A stretch of DNA of 63,726 nucleotides, the filler included, from Chiloscyllium plagiosum (taxonomy: Eukaryota): assembly GCF_004010195.1 (NCBI RefSeq). It is 17 parts of 17 records of this genome, joined end to end, with 100 filler letters (N's around TTAATTAATTAA, not from the genome) between each part and the next. Parts side by side here need not be neighbours in the genome. Positions count along the whole stretch, not along the records: positions 47,743 to 55,319 come from NW_025211241.1; positions 55,420 to 56,448 come from NW_025117912.1; positions 56,549 to 62,182 come from NW_025209278.1; positions 62,283 to 63,726 come from NW_025155461.1; 13 more parts are not named here. One strand, written 5' to 3'. Positions 51,459-63,529 of this stretch are shown here, piece by piece. The translations under genes and the position numbers were made by a program. The notes under the pieces were generated by a model. The model was not told where the DNA came from. It did not search any database and saw only the letters and a list, made by a program, of their open reading frames with translations. The number at the start of each line of letters is the position of its first letter. Within the stretch, counting starts at the first letter, position 1.

Positions 51459-51723
51459 TGAACCTGGGATAAATATTGACGACGTCGGCTGAAGGAGGAG
51501 TGACCTTCCAGACCGTGAGCACCTTTCAGTGTCAGAGGCTTGTTATAGAAACAAACACCAAGACTCAGCTTCTTCTGCAACTCCAACAGCAAGGCTGGTG
51601 TGCGCTAGACATCAAGTGTGCATTGTTCTCGATACCTTACTTGTGCAAATGTAACAATTGCCTCCAGTTCCTCAACAGAACCCCGTGGACAATTGTGTCT
51701 GCCACTGCTCTTGCAATCTGATA

Positions 51724-52057
51724 ATGTTCCGAATTTGCAGAGTCCTTCTGATGTTTTCCGCTCTGACTTCCACGGATGTGACTGGAGAAGGTGATGTAAT
51801 GCAACTTCCTCCGTGGATAGTTGTTAGTGAAGTGGGAATTGTGTCCATGAATTGCTCCATTGCCGCCTCGTCGAGCGCAATACACTGGTACAGACAGGTC
51901 CCGTTTCTGCCACCCCAGCACCTGGTGACGGCCAAAAGGGAAAATGATCAGCCCGAGAGGATCACTGCTTCGATCAGTGGAGATTACAAACTCAGTACAC
52001 TGACTGTGAAAGACGCCAGACTGAATGACACTGCAATCTACCTCTGTGCAATGAAGG
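51724..52057 (+). CDS. TCR alpha/delta-type V (family 2), leader and V in one open frame
   Basis: MFRICRVLLMFSALTSTDVTG-EGDVMQLPP...MNCS...IHWYRQ...LSTLTVKDARLNDTAIYLCAMK. Confidence 0.87.
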
Positions 52058-52096
52058 CACAGTGAGACAAACAGATGGGGAGCGTGTACTAAAACC
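52058..52096 (+). other. 23-bp-spacer RSS
   Basis: CACAGTG-23-ACTAAAACC. Confidence 0.9.
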
Positions 52097-54738
52097 AGCA
52101 CAGAGTGGGAGTTCAGGTATGGTGAGTTTGAAGTATCGGTGTTACTAATTCTGGGCGCCAAAATCTGAGACAATAGAAATAACAGCAAAATACACCAGAA
52201 AGTATGGAACAGGTTAATTTAAAGATGGTCAGAAGTGAAGGCAATTGGAGATGCGGATGGGGGTGAAGGAAGTATATATTTGCAAACCTGAAAGAGTGAT
52301 GGAGAAATGGAAAAGTGGAGAGATACTTTAATAATACTTGCAGAGGGCAGAACGATGAGAAACGGTTGAAGAAGACATGGAAGAAATTGAAAACTAACAA
52401 GCATGATGTTAAAGATCAGGTCAAATCACAGTTGAAGGAAACATGAAGGAAAATTGTGGCATGTCCTTTCACACGATGTTAACAGCACCGAATTCCCCCC
52501 ACTGTCTTTCTTTGGGGTGTTAATGTTTTAAAACTCTACTGGACACAATTCAGAAACGCAGTGGCGGCAAAAGCAAGTCAGAGTCTAGTGTTAATGCGGC
52601 GAGTACCGTACTTCCTGTCTCCCCAAAGCCTGTCCACCATCTACAATGCACAGCTCGGTATTGTGATGGAATGCTCCCTAATTGTCTGGATGAGTGCAGC
52701 TCCAACAATTCTTAAGATTCTTCACGCCATCCCCGGACAAAGCCGCCCGTTTGATTGGCACAGCATTCACTTGTTCAAAAACCTATCATTCCGTCCCCCC
52801 CAATGGCATTTTAGGTCAACCCAGAGCAGGTGAACTGCCGCAGTTCAAGATGGCAGCTCACTCCCACCTTTACAAGGACAACTTGGGACAGGTAATAAAC
52901 GCTGGCCAGACAGCGGTGCCTACATCCTACAAATAAAAGACATTTAAAAAAGGTTAATAGTTACATAATCTAAACATAGAATCTCTGCAGTGTGGATGGA
53001 CGCCATTCGGCCCATCGAGATCACACCAAGCATCTGAAGAATATCACACCTAGACCCAACGTACCCCTGCATCTCCTACGCCTAAGTTACCAAAACCGCC
53101 CGCCTTTGGACTGTGCGAGGAAACCAGAACACCCACAGGAAACCCATGCAGATTTAGGGCGAACGTGCACCCTCCATCATGACAGCTATCGGAGGCTGAA
53201 ATCGCACCTGGGTCTTGGTTTTATGAAACACCAGTGCTTACCACTGAGCCACTGTGCCATCATCTTGAGAAGGGCTGATGAAAATTCACGATTCGCTTTT
53301 TCTCCCAGTCATAAATTGTTAATTTCTTGTGCAAATTTCCTGGAAATCCCACCAGAGTATGGTTTGGTAGCACTCTTTGAAACAGTCTGTGACTTTGTCT
53401 TCCAAGAGACGCTTTAAGTCATAATCATTACCAATTGCCATGCTATTTATTTTCGTGTCACTTGTAAACCTGGTAAACATACACTGACATTAGTCAGGAT
53501 TTGGAATTTGCGTAAGCATGCACCTCTGCCCTTTCACCATTCCCAATCAAATGATTTGACAGATTATCTTTTGTTTTCTGTGAGAAATCAGTTAGTCTTG
53601 TATAATCTGAGACAATGTGGCGGTGAGCCGTGTGTTTGATGCACTGCAGCGTATTTGATACTCATGCAGGAGTTATGTTTACGATGGCACAAAGTAAAGT
53701 TAATGAAAGGCAGTTGCAACGTATCATACCAGGAAATGCATCATTCGATTGTACTGTAACATTTTTTTGCCCAGGGCTCCATCGATTTAACAATCCCAAT
53801 GAAAGAACTCATAGTCAATGAGATCCACCTGATTCTAATCACTCCAGTTGGTGAAACAAAAATAACAAAGAACCGCAGTTGCTGGAAATCCAAGACAAAA
53901 TCAAACAACCGGAGAATGGCGCAGGTCTGGCAGCAACTGTGATGAGAAAACTGAGTGAACTTTCCAGATCCAGTATCCCGTATTCTGAACTTTGTTAGTT
54001 TATCACATCAATCATAATATGAAGTGGGGCTCAAATGAGCTTGAAGCTGATTGGCTCATCTGAAGAACAAAGGAGCCTGGTACTCATTGGCTTTCACACG
54101 ATGCCTTTGCCAATAATGGTCCAATGAGCAGAGGTCCGGAAATTACTCAACCTGAATTACCCAACTCTTGACGAGAACCATTTTAGCTTCAGCCAGTTCT
54201 GTTCACATTCACCGTGAACTCTCTGCAAACATGTTACCAGGAGCTCTGGGTTTACTCTTCACAACTGCAGCTCTTCTAACTGGTAGGTTGAACACTTGTC
54301 TTTGTATGTACTTCAGCTCCTTGCTGAGAATTGCATGTTATTCAAGCACCTTGCACAACATAGAAGCAACAATACATTCTCCCAAATAAAAACTATCTGG
54401 ATCGAAACTCGCCCCAACAATGAGCAGAGATTGGGAGAAGTTAGCAAGTGTACATGAGAGAATGGCAGTGGAAGAGTTCGGCAGGATATCCAGACAGGAC
54501 TAAGGCCTTTCAGATGATTCGATCGAAGGGGGAGTTTTATATCCACCAACAGATTTTGTGTTCCCCTACGGGTTTCGGGAGATGAAATGGGAAATGAACA
54601 CCCCATATGAAATGGAATCTAGTTTTTAACGTCCCTCATTTATTTCTCGGTTTATTGATGAAGGTACATGGGCGAATTCTGGATGTTAAGTATATTGTCG
54701 TGCCTTATTTAATTTTGTATAACTCCTGGCTCTTCCAG

Positions 54739-55042
54739 GACTTTGTCGTGGCGATTCAGTCTCACAAACACCGGCTGCAATCAAACTGAATGAGGGGGAC
54801 GATGTGCTGTTGTTCTGTAATTACACTACAACAAACAGCAATCCTGACCTGTACTGGTACCGTCAACCTTCCAACGGATCCGTGCAGTTTCTGCTGCAGA
54901 AAAACCAATATAGCGAGAAAACGGGGAGTTTTCCACTAGGCCGGCTTTCCTGGAATTTTGATCCTGTGAACCGCACTATCAAGCTGAATGTGTTGAACAT
55001 AGAACTAACAGACTCCGCAGTGTATTACTGCGCACTGCGTCC
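54739..55042 (+). CDS. TCR alpha/delta-type V exon (family 1); leader 54607-54663 appears out of phase
   Basis: TTCCAG| LCRGDSVSQTP...LLFCNYT...WYRQ...DSAVYYCALRP, open. RSS CACAGAG-23-ACAAAAACT at 55043-55081. Confidence 0.87.
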
Positions 55043-55819
55043 CACAGAGAATGAGAACTGGGCTGACCCTGTACAAAAACTGTAAGAGCATCTCTGTACA
55101 TGATTGTGTGTTCAGCAAACAGTGAGATTCGGGGTATATCTGAAGTGATACTCGAGCTCACAGTGATATCTGACACTTGTCATTCGGACACAAAGCTTTA
55201 ACTATTATAAATCCATCACTGAAACAAACAAATAGTTTCGTGAATGTAAAACAAAAGAAAACTTTCTTGTGCATTTCATGATGTTGGAAAATGCTGTTAC
55301 AGCGATGAGCTGCTATGGANNNNNNNNNNNNNNNNNNNNNNNNNNNNNNNNNNNNNNNNNNNNTTAATTAATTAANNNNNNNNNNNNNNNNNNNNNNNNN
55401 NNNNNNNNNNNNNNNNNNNGAAGAGGGATATATAAACAGGAGAAAATATATATATATATTTAATTCCAAAGTACACAGACAGCATTGCCCTTTGATGTGA
55501 AGGGCACAGCTTGTCACTGGCCACTCGGGTGTTTACTTTCTTCCTGGTGGTGGAAACTGAATAAAGATTCGTGCACCTTGTGTCTCTCACTGTGTCTCAC
55601 ACCTGCACACACACAACATGGGGGCTGGGGACAAAATAAATCCAAAGCACACAGAGACAGAGACCCAATATTCTTCATCTTTATTCCCTTTTCCAGATTG
55701 ACATTGACAGAAAACAGCAGTCCTGAGATGAAATTCAGTGCTGACAATGACCTGTGTCCTGCCAGTTCAGCCCCGTTCTGTTTAAAGTTGTGTCTCCTCT
55801 GTGGACTGTCTAAAACACT

Positions 55820-56150
55820 CTACACACATTCTGATCTCCTGATGCTCTTGCTGAGGGGAGAGGGGAGTGTCATGTGGGTGAGGGCACAGGAGAAGCGAGC
55901 GTTGGACTCCCAGTCAGATCCAGAGAGGGTCAGCAGGCTGCTGACACTGTAGGTGCTGTCCGAAGCTCGCAGGTAGTTGCTGGTCTGAACCCCATCCAAA
56001 ATGACTGCACCCTCCTTCTTCCACTGCACCTCCAGCTCATTGGGACAGAAGTGATTGGCAAGGCACACCAGGGTGGCAGTGCCCTTGGCATTGACCTGGT
56101 CCCGGGAAGGGGGAGCAGCAGGGTGAGCTTTGGCTGAGGGTTCTCACGGC
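55820..56150 (-). pseudogene. IGKC: Ig kappa constant exon, frameshifted
   Basis: A 2-nt gain in the LLPPSP C-run (about 56100-56115); FYPDEL>FCPNEL; ends SIRRSECV*; AATAAA at 55680-55685. Confidence 0.88.
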
Positions 56151-56548
56151 CTGAAAGCCAAGAGAAGCAATTATAATCCCTGCTAAACAAATGGATTCTG
56201 ACACTCAGCATATTCACTGGCAATACAATCTTATTGAACATTTGTAGTCAATACAGAATAAACCAGACAAAAGAACAGACATTGTTCAAATTGCTTCTTG
56301 GGATTTGAGTGTCACTGGCAGGGCGAGCATTTATTGCCCATCCCTAATTGCCCCTGAGAGGGTGATGGTGAAAGTGAAGGGACAGTTTTGGACCATCATT
56401 TATGGAATGAATGGGGGCAGCTGGAAGGGCTATCAATGGGGGAGCATTNNNNNNNNNNNNNNNNNNNNNNNNNNNNNNNNNNNNNNNNNNNNTTAATTAA
56501 TTAANNNNNNNNNNNNNNNNNNNNNNNNNNNNNNNNNNNNNNNNNNNN

Positions 56549-57403
56549 AAAGTTGTTCAGGGTGAGGGCCAGTTCGGTCAGTCGAAGGAGGGTGTCGGTG
56601 GAAGGGTACTGGGTGGTACGGCGGGAAAGGGAGAAGCGGAGTGCTTTGAGTCCTTCGTGATGGGGGATGGAGGTGTACAGGGACTGGATGTCCATGGTGA
56701 AGCTGAGGCGTTGGGGACCGGGGAAGCGGAAATCCTGGCGGAGGTGGAGGGCGTGGGTGGTGTCACGGACGTAGGTGGGGGGTTCTTGGACTAATGGGGA
56801 CAGGACCGTGTCGAGGTATGCCGAGATGAGTTCGGTTGGGCAGGAGCAGGCTGAGACGATGGGTCGTCCGGGGCAGTCAGGTTTGTGGATTTTGGGCAGG
56901 AGGTAGAAACGGGTGGTGCGGGGTTGTGGGACTATGAGGTTGGAGGCGGTGGATGGGAGATCCCCTGAGGTGATGAGGTTATGGATGGTCTGGGAAATGA
57001 TGGGAGGTGGGGTCATGGTCAAGGGGGCAGTAGGAGGAGGTGTCCACGAGCTGGCGTTTAGCCTCAGCAATGTAAAGATCGGTGCGACAAACTACCACTG
57101 CGCCTCCTTTGTCTGCTGGTTTGATAGTGAGGTTGGGGTTGGAGTGGAGGGAGTGGAGGGCTGCACATTGCGAGCGTGAAGAGGTTGGAATGGGTGAGAG
57201 GGGTAGACAGGTTGAGGCGGTTAATGTCGCGGCAGCAGTTGGCTATGAAGAGATCGAGGGCAGGTTAGAGGCCAGCACGGGGTGTCCAGGTGGATGGGGT
57301 GTGTTGGAGACGGGCGAAGGGGTCATCAGAGGGTGGGCGAGAATCTTGGTTGAAGAAATAGGCGCGGAGGTGAAGGCGGCAGAAGAATTGTTCGATGTCT
57401 CGT
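56549..57403 (-). mobile_element. Penelope-like element, RT N-terminal part, 5'-truncated
   Basis: FYLLPKIHKPDCPGRPIVSAC...TMDIQSLYTSIPHHEGL...LALTLNNF, and upstream DIEQFFCRLHLRAYFF; frameshifted. Confidence 0.87.
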
Positions 57404-57539
57404 CCATGTCTCTCTGCCCGATGCCATTTACATACTGAGGAACACCCAGTCAGACTCTCACAGGCTGCAGCTTTATAAAGCAGAGCCCAGTGAAGGGAGA
57501 GTTTATCAGGAAATAGGCACAGGGACAGGAGCACACACC

Positions 57540-58098
57540 ATGATTTCACACATCCAGCTGATCTGGCCCCTGGCATTCTGTGTCGCAGGTACAAATCTCT
57601 CTCCTTCCACCTTGAATCTTTAGCTGCTCTCCATTTCACTCCAATTCCACTGACTTGTGATTGAAGAGAAAATGCTGAAACCAGAGGAATGCTCAGTGTC
57701 TCCAACAATCTCTCATTTGACAGGCTCTTTCTGTGACAGTTCTGACTTCACTGTGTTTCTCTCTGACCCCTCAGGTATCAGTGGGGACATCATCATGGCC
57801 CAGTCTCCCCCGGTGTTGTCAGTGGGACTTGGCCAGACTGTAACCATCACCTGTACGGCCAGTCAATCTGTTAGCAAGTGGGTTAGCTGGTTCCAGCAAC
57901 GAGAAGGTCAGAAACCCTCTCTCCTGATCTACAATGCAGCAACTCGATTCACAGGAGTCTCCGAGCGATTCACCGGCAGTGGATCAGGGACCAGTTTCAC
58001 CCTGACAATCAGCAACGTTCAGAATGAGAATGTCGCTGACTATTACTGTCAACAAGGTTACAGCCTTACGTTCGGTTAAGGAACCAAGCTCAGACTGA
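57540..58098 (+). pseudogene. IGKV: Pre-joined Ig kappa VJ: leader 57540-57588, VJ exon 57775-58098, in-frame stop in J
   Basis: ...[21 protein letters not shown]|GTAAGT with no RSS between V and J; TAA at 58077-58079. Promoter has ATTTACAT at 57426-57433 and a TATA near 57472. Confidence 0.92.
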
Positions 58099-59149
58099 GT
58101 AAGTAAACCTCAATGCTCCGTTATTAACCCTGTCAATACTAAAACACAATTTCTAAAACACAAATGCTGAATTGTTGAAGGTGTTAGTGAGAAGCTGCAG
58201 TGAATGAAATGGTTGATTGAGGAGCACTGTGTCTAACAGGGTGTCCAGCTGTATTTCTTTAGTTCCATGCCCCTTTTAAGCAGCAAGATATAAGTCAGTA
58301 AGTTTTACTCACCGTGTGGAGGAGCTCTGTCCATTTGCAGCCTGTGGTCCCATTCCTTCAGCATGGAGTGAAATCAGTGAGTAGCCTCCTGCCAGTCTCA
58401 GTGTGACGGACACGGGCAGAGTTTGATGTGAGCTTTGGCTCCCTGTCCCAGTCTCTGACCTCACTGACCTCAGCAGCAGCAGCAGCAGCAGCACAGTAAG
58501 AGACCAAGCTCCCACCTCCCCCAGCTTTAACTCTGCTCAATCACACAATCACAGAGTTGTTACAGTGCACAAGGAGGCCATTCCACCCATCCTGTCTGCA
58601 CCAGCTCTCTGAATGAGCAATTCACTGAGTGTCATTCTCCTGCCTTCTCCCTGTCACCCTGCACATTGTTCCTTTTCAAATAACAGTCTCATTCCCTTCG
58701 GAATGTTTCAATTGAAGCTGCCTCCACCACACTCTCAGGCAGTGCATTCCACACCTTAACCACTCACTGGCTGAACATGTTGTTCCCCATCTCACTTTTG
58801 TTACTTTTCCCAATTACTTTCAATCTGTGGTCTCTCAGTCTCAATCCTTTCTCAATCGGGAACATTTTCTCCCTATTTACTATGTCCAGGCCCCTCCTGG
58901 TTTTGAATTCCTCGAACAAATCTCCTCTCAGCCTTCTCCAAAGAAGACAGTCCCAAATTCTCCAATTAATCTTCATAACTGATGTTCCTCATCCCTGAAA
59001 TGATCTTTGGGAATATGTTTTGCCATCGCTACAAAACATTCACCTCCTTCTTGAATTATTCACATTATCCTCATGATTTTACAAACCTCTGTAAGGTCAC
59101 TCCTCAGACTCTTATACTTCAGGGTAAAAAGTCTCAGCTTTTCCACCCT

Positions 59150-62110
59150 CTCATTGTCATGGAGTCTACAGTGTGGAAATAGACCTTTTAGTCCAACTTG
59201 TCCATGCTAACCAGATATCCTAAATGACCTCATCCCATTTGCCAGTATTTGCCTTCCATCCCTCTAAACCCTTCCTACTCATGTACCTATCCCAATATGT
59301 TTTAAATGCTGTAATTGTATCTGCCTCCATCACTTTCTCTGGCAACTCGATCCATACACATACCACCCTCTGTGTGACAAGTTACCCCTCAGGTCCCTTT
59401 TGAATCTTTTGCCTCTCACCTTAAACCTATGCCATCTTGTTTTGGACTCCCTTTCCCAAGGAAAAGCCCTTGGATATACATCCTGTCCATGCCCCTCATG
59501 ATTTTATGAACATCTATAAGGTCACCCCGAGACCTTAGATGCTGCAGGAAAAATAGTCCCGACAGCTCAAACCCCCCAATTCTTGACCACATCCTTGTAA
59601 ATCTTTTCCGCTGCTTTTTAAGTTTAACAACATCCTTCCTATTGCAGGATGATCAGAATTGTTCACATTATTCCCAAATGGCCTCACCAATCTCCTGTAC
59701 AGCTGCAACATGATACCCCGATTCTTATACTCAACGCAGTGACCGATAAAGGTAAGCATACCCAACACCTTCTTCATTGCCCTGTCTACCTGCAACTCCA
59801 ATTTCACGGAAAAATGTACCTGCACCTGCCCCTGCCCCTGCCCCTCCCCCTGCACCCTGAGGTCTCTTTGTTCAGCAACACTCCACAGGGCCTACCATTA
59901 ACTGTATAACTCCTGCCCTGGTTTGTCTTTCCAAAATGCAACACCTCACATTTATCTAAACTGAACTCCATTTGCCACACCTCTGCCCATCGCCCCATGT
60001 GATCAAGGTCCCACTGTATCCCGAGATCATCTCCTTCACTATCCACTGTCCCACCAGTTTTGGTGCCATTTACAAACTCGCCATAATTCCTATATTCACA
60101 TCCAAATCATTTAGTTAAATGATTAAAAGCAGTAGATCCAGCACTATTCCTTGTGGCACTCAGTTATTCACAGATCTCCAGTCTGAAAAGCAACCCTTAA
60201 TCCCACTCTCTGTCTCCTATCTTCAAGCCAATTTTTTATCCAAATGGATAGCTCCCCCAGGATCCCATGTGGTCTAACCATACAAACCAGTCTGTCATGT
60301 GGAACCTTGTCAAACACTTTACTGAAGTCCATATTGAAAATGTCTACTGTTCTGTCTTCATCAATCTTCTTTGTCACCTCCTCAATCGAAGTATGGAGAC
60401 ACAATTTCCCATGTACAAAACCACATTGATTATCTAAATGGTAAATCCTGTCCCTCAGAATCCACTCCAATATCTTACCTAGCATTGACATCATGCTCAC
60501 TGCTCTATAGTTCCCTGGCTTTTCCTTACAGCCTTTCTGAAATAATGATACAACATTAGCCAACCTCTCTGGTTCTCCAACACCTTACCTATAGCTGTTG
60601 ATGATAAACGTATCTCAGCAAGGGGCCCAGCAATCTCTTCCCGAGTTTCCCACAATGTTCTGGGACACACCTGATCAGGTCCTAGGGATTTATCTACCTT
60701 TATATGTTTTAAGACCTTTAGCATCTCCTCATTTGTATTGTGGACTTTTTCAAAACATCACTATTTTTCCAAATTCCCTCGCTTTCATGCCCTTCTCCCC
60801 AATAAATACTGACCTGAAATATTTGTTTGGGATCTCACCCATCTCCTGTGTCTTACCAAAATACAGCACTCACATTTATCTGAATTAAACTCCATCTGCC
60901 ATTCCTCAGCCCACTGGCCCAGTTGGTCAAGATCCCATTGTACTGTTCACTGGCCATGGTGCCACCTGAAAATTCACCTGAACACAGTCTCGCAGTTCTG
61001 GCCCTTTTCTGCTACTACCCCAGTCTATGATCAGAAATTAAAGACCCCCCCCCACCCCCCATTTATAATGACTCTATCATATTTGCAGGTCTCTGTAAAT
61101 TGCTTGCATTTGTATTCCTCCACATCGTTTCCACTTATTGACTGTTCTGAGGATTCCGTGGTCCTTGGTGTTCCTCTCTGATATTCTCACCTGGTTCCCA
61201 CAGCCCTGCCAAGTTAGGTTAAACCCTCTCCAATAGCACTCATATGTCACCTCAAAGGAACTCAGTCCCAGCTCTGTTCAGGAGCTACACTGTCTGGTCT
61301 GTCCAAGTCCCATCTCCCCCAGACCCAGTCCTAAAGTCCCAAGAATCTAAAGCTCTCCCTACTGGACCCTCTTTCCAGCTCCATATTCACCTGTGTTATC
61401 CTCCTGTACGTATTCTCACTAGCATGGGGTACTGGGTGTAATCTGGAGATTCCTACCTTTTAGTTCTTGCTTTTAATTCCTTCCCGAGCTCCTTAAATTC
61501 TGACTGCAGGCCCACATCCCTTTTCTCCATCTGTCACTGGGACCGATGTGGATCACGACTGTTGACTGATCCCCCTCTCCCCTCAGGATGCTCTGCAGCT
61601 GTTCAGTGACCCTGGCACCAGGGAGACAACATCCTGGATTCCCATCTGTAGCTACAGAAACACCTATCGATAGCCCTCACTCTTGAATATTCTCTCACTA
61701 TTGCTCTTCCAGTCTTCCTTGTGTCCCCCTGTACAGCTGAGCCCCCCATGGTGCCTGGAACTTGGCTCTGGCTGCACTCCCCACATGAACCATCATTCTC
61801 ATCAGGATTCTGAATTGAATCCTGGTTGGAGAGTGGAATGCACTCAGATGATTCCTGTACTAGCTGCCTGATCCTTTTGGACTGTCTGCTGCTCCCCCAT
61901 TCCCTCTCTCCCTGCATACTCTGAAACTGCAGAGTGACCACATCTAGAAACGTGCTCTCCATGGAGCTCTCAGCCTCACGGACGCTCCACACTGACACCA
62001 GCTGCTGCTCAAGCTCCGAAACCTGGAGCTCCAACTACTGTCACTGACCACACTTCCTGTACTTCATGGTATTCCAGGAGCTGGGAAGCATTCTGAAGTT
62101 CCCACATGGA
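59150..62110 (-). mobile_element. Long decayed CR1 LINE in the J-C intron
   Basis: ANVVSLFQKGCKEKPGNYRAVS, MDFSKVFDKVPHDRL, WAEVWQMEFSLDKCEVLHFG, and ORF1-like ELQVSELEQQL. Confidence 0.85.
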
Positions 62111-63529
62111 TGCACACTCTCTTCACTCGTTGGTTACCTCTTGGCAAAGTTCTGATGACAAACAGCTCTAGCAGGGCTCACANNNNNNNNNNNNNNNNNN
62201 NNNNNNNNNNNNNNNNNNNNNNNNNNTTAATTAATTAANNNNNNNNNNNNNNNNNNNNNNNNNNNNNNNNNNNNNNNNNNNNACCCTGTCCCAATTCATT
62301 TCAATCTCTCCCCATAGCTATTGCTTCTCTGCTGATGGAAATCAGTCCTTCCTACCCACTCTGACCAGGGCCTTCATCATTTTACACACCTCGAATGCTC
62401 CACCATTCAATATGATCATGGCTGATCATCCAACACAATCCCCTGTTCCTGCTTTCTCCCCACATTCTTTGATCCCTTTAATCCTAAGAACAATATCTAA
62501 TTCCTTCTTGAACACATACCACATCTAATTCCCTCATGCTGGAAGAATGGATGAGAATTATTGTGTTGTTGTTTTTTGACCAGTATGGACACAATGGGCT
62601 GATGGGCCTTTTGGGTCTCTATGATTCTATGATTGTATATTATGAATAACTGGGTACCATGGACTGACCCCTGTAGTATGACAATTGGTAACTACCTGCC
62701 ATTCAGAAAAAGACGTTGTTTCTGTCCTGCCTGCCAACCAGTTCCCCATCCATGTTAGTACACAACCCCCAATTCTCTTGTTCGTTGGGATTTCCCTGAT
62801 TCAGTTGAACATATTTCATCCTGTCAGATCTTTGCTTTCCTCAGGTCCTGTTCAATGTCACCCCTGCATTTTCTATCCTCCTCTCAGCTTTCTGCAGGTT
62901 TGATCTCCAGATAACCAACATCACCTTCCCTGTTTGGTCTTCCCTACTCTGCTGCCTTTTGACATCCCAGGCTGAGAGTCTATATCTGGGAGTTCCACAC
63001 TTACTCATTGTGGGAACAGATTCTGAACAATCTTTGTCTCATTCTTCGAGGCGTCCCACTGCCCTGACCCTGATTTTCCATCATGTACTTGGTTTCAGTC
63101 CACTTTTGCTAAATCACTGCACAGTTCAGTAAAATATTTCATTCCCAAATGAAATTTTTTACACTTGCTCCATTGTTCTCCATTTCCATCTGTACTCTCA
63201 ATCTCACTGAGTTCTGATTACTGTCACTGAAATGCTCCCCCATTGATAGCCCTTCCAGCTGCCCGTATTCATTCCATAAACAATGGTCCAAAACTATCCC
63301 TTCTCTTTCACCATCACCCTCTCAGGGGCAATTAGGAATGGGCAATGAATGCTGGACCTGGCAGTGACATTCATATCCCAAGAAGCAATTTAAACAATAC
63401 ATGTTCTTTTGTCGGGGTTTATTCTGTATTGACTACAAATGTTCAATAAGATTGTATTGCCAATGAATATACTGAGAGTCAAAATCCATTTGTTTGGCAG
63501 GGATTAAAATTGTTTCTCTTGTCTTTCAG

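Noticed and set aside
34485-55042. IgNAR, IgW, NAR-TCR or IgH-like V segments
   Set aside because: The C exons match IgM, and the V exons have TCR-type motifs and lack the CDR1 Cys expected of NAR-TCR supporting V-delta. No VH, D or JH was seen.
10244-62238. Recurring TTAATTAATTAA as a CRISPR repeat or regulatory motif
   Set aside because: It is always centred in exactly 44+44 Ns, so it is an artificial spacer.
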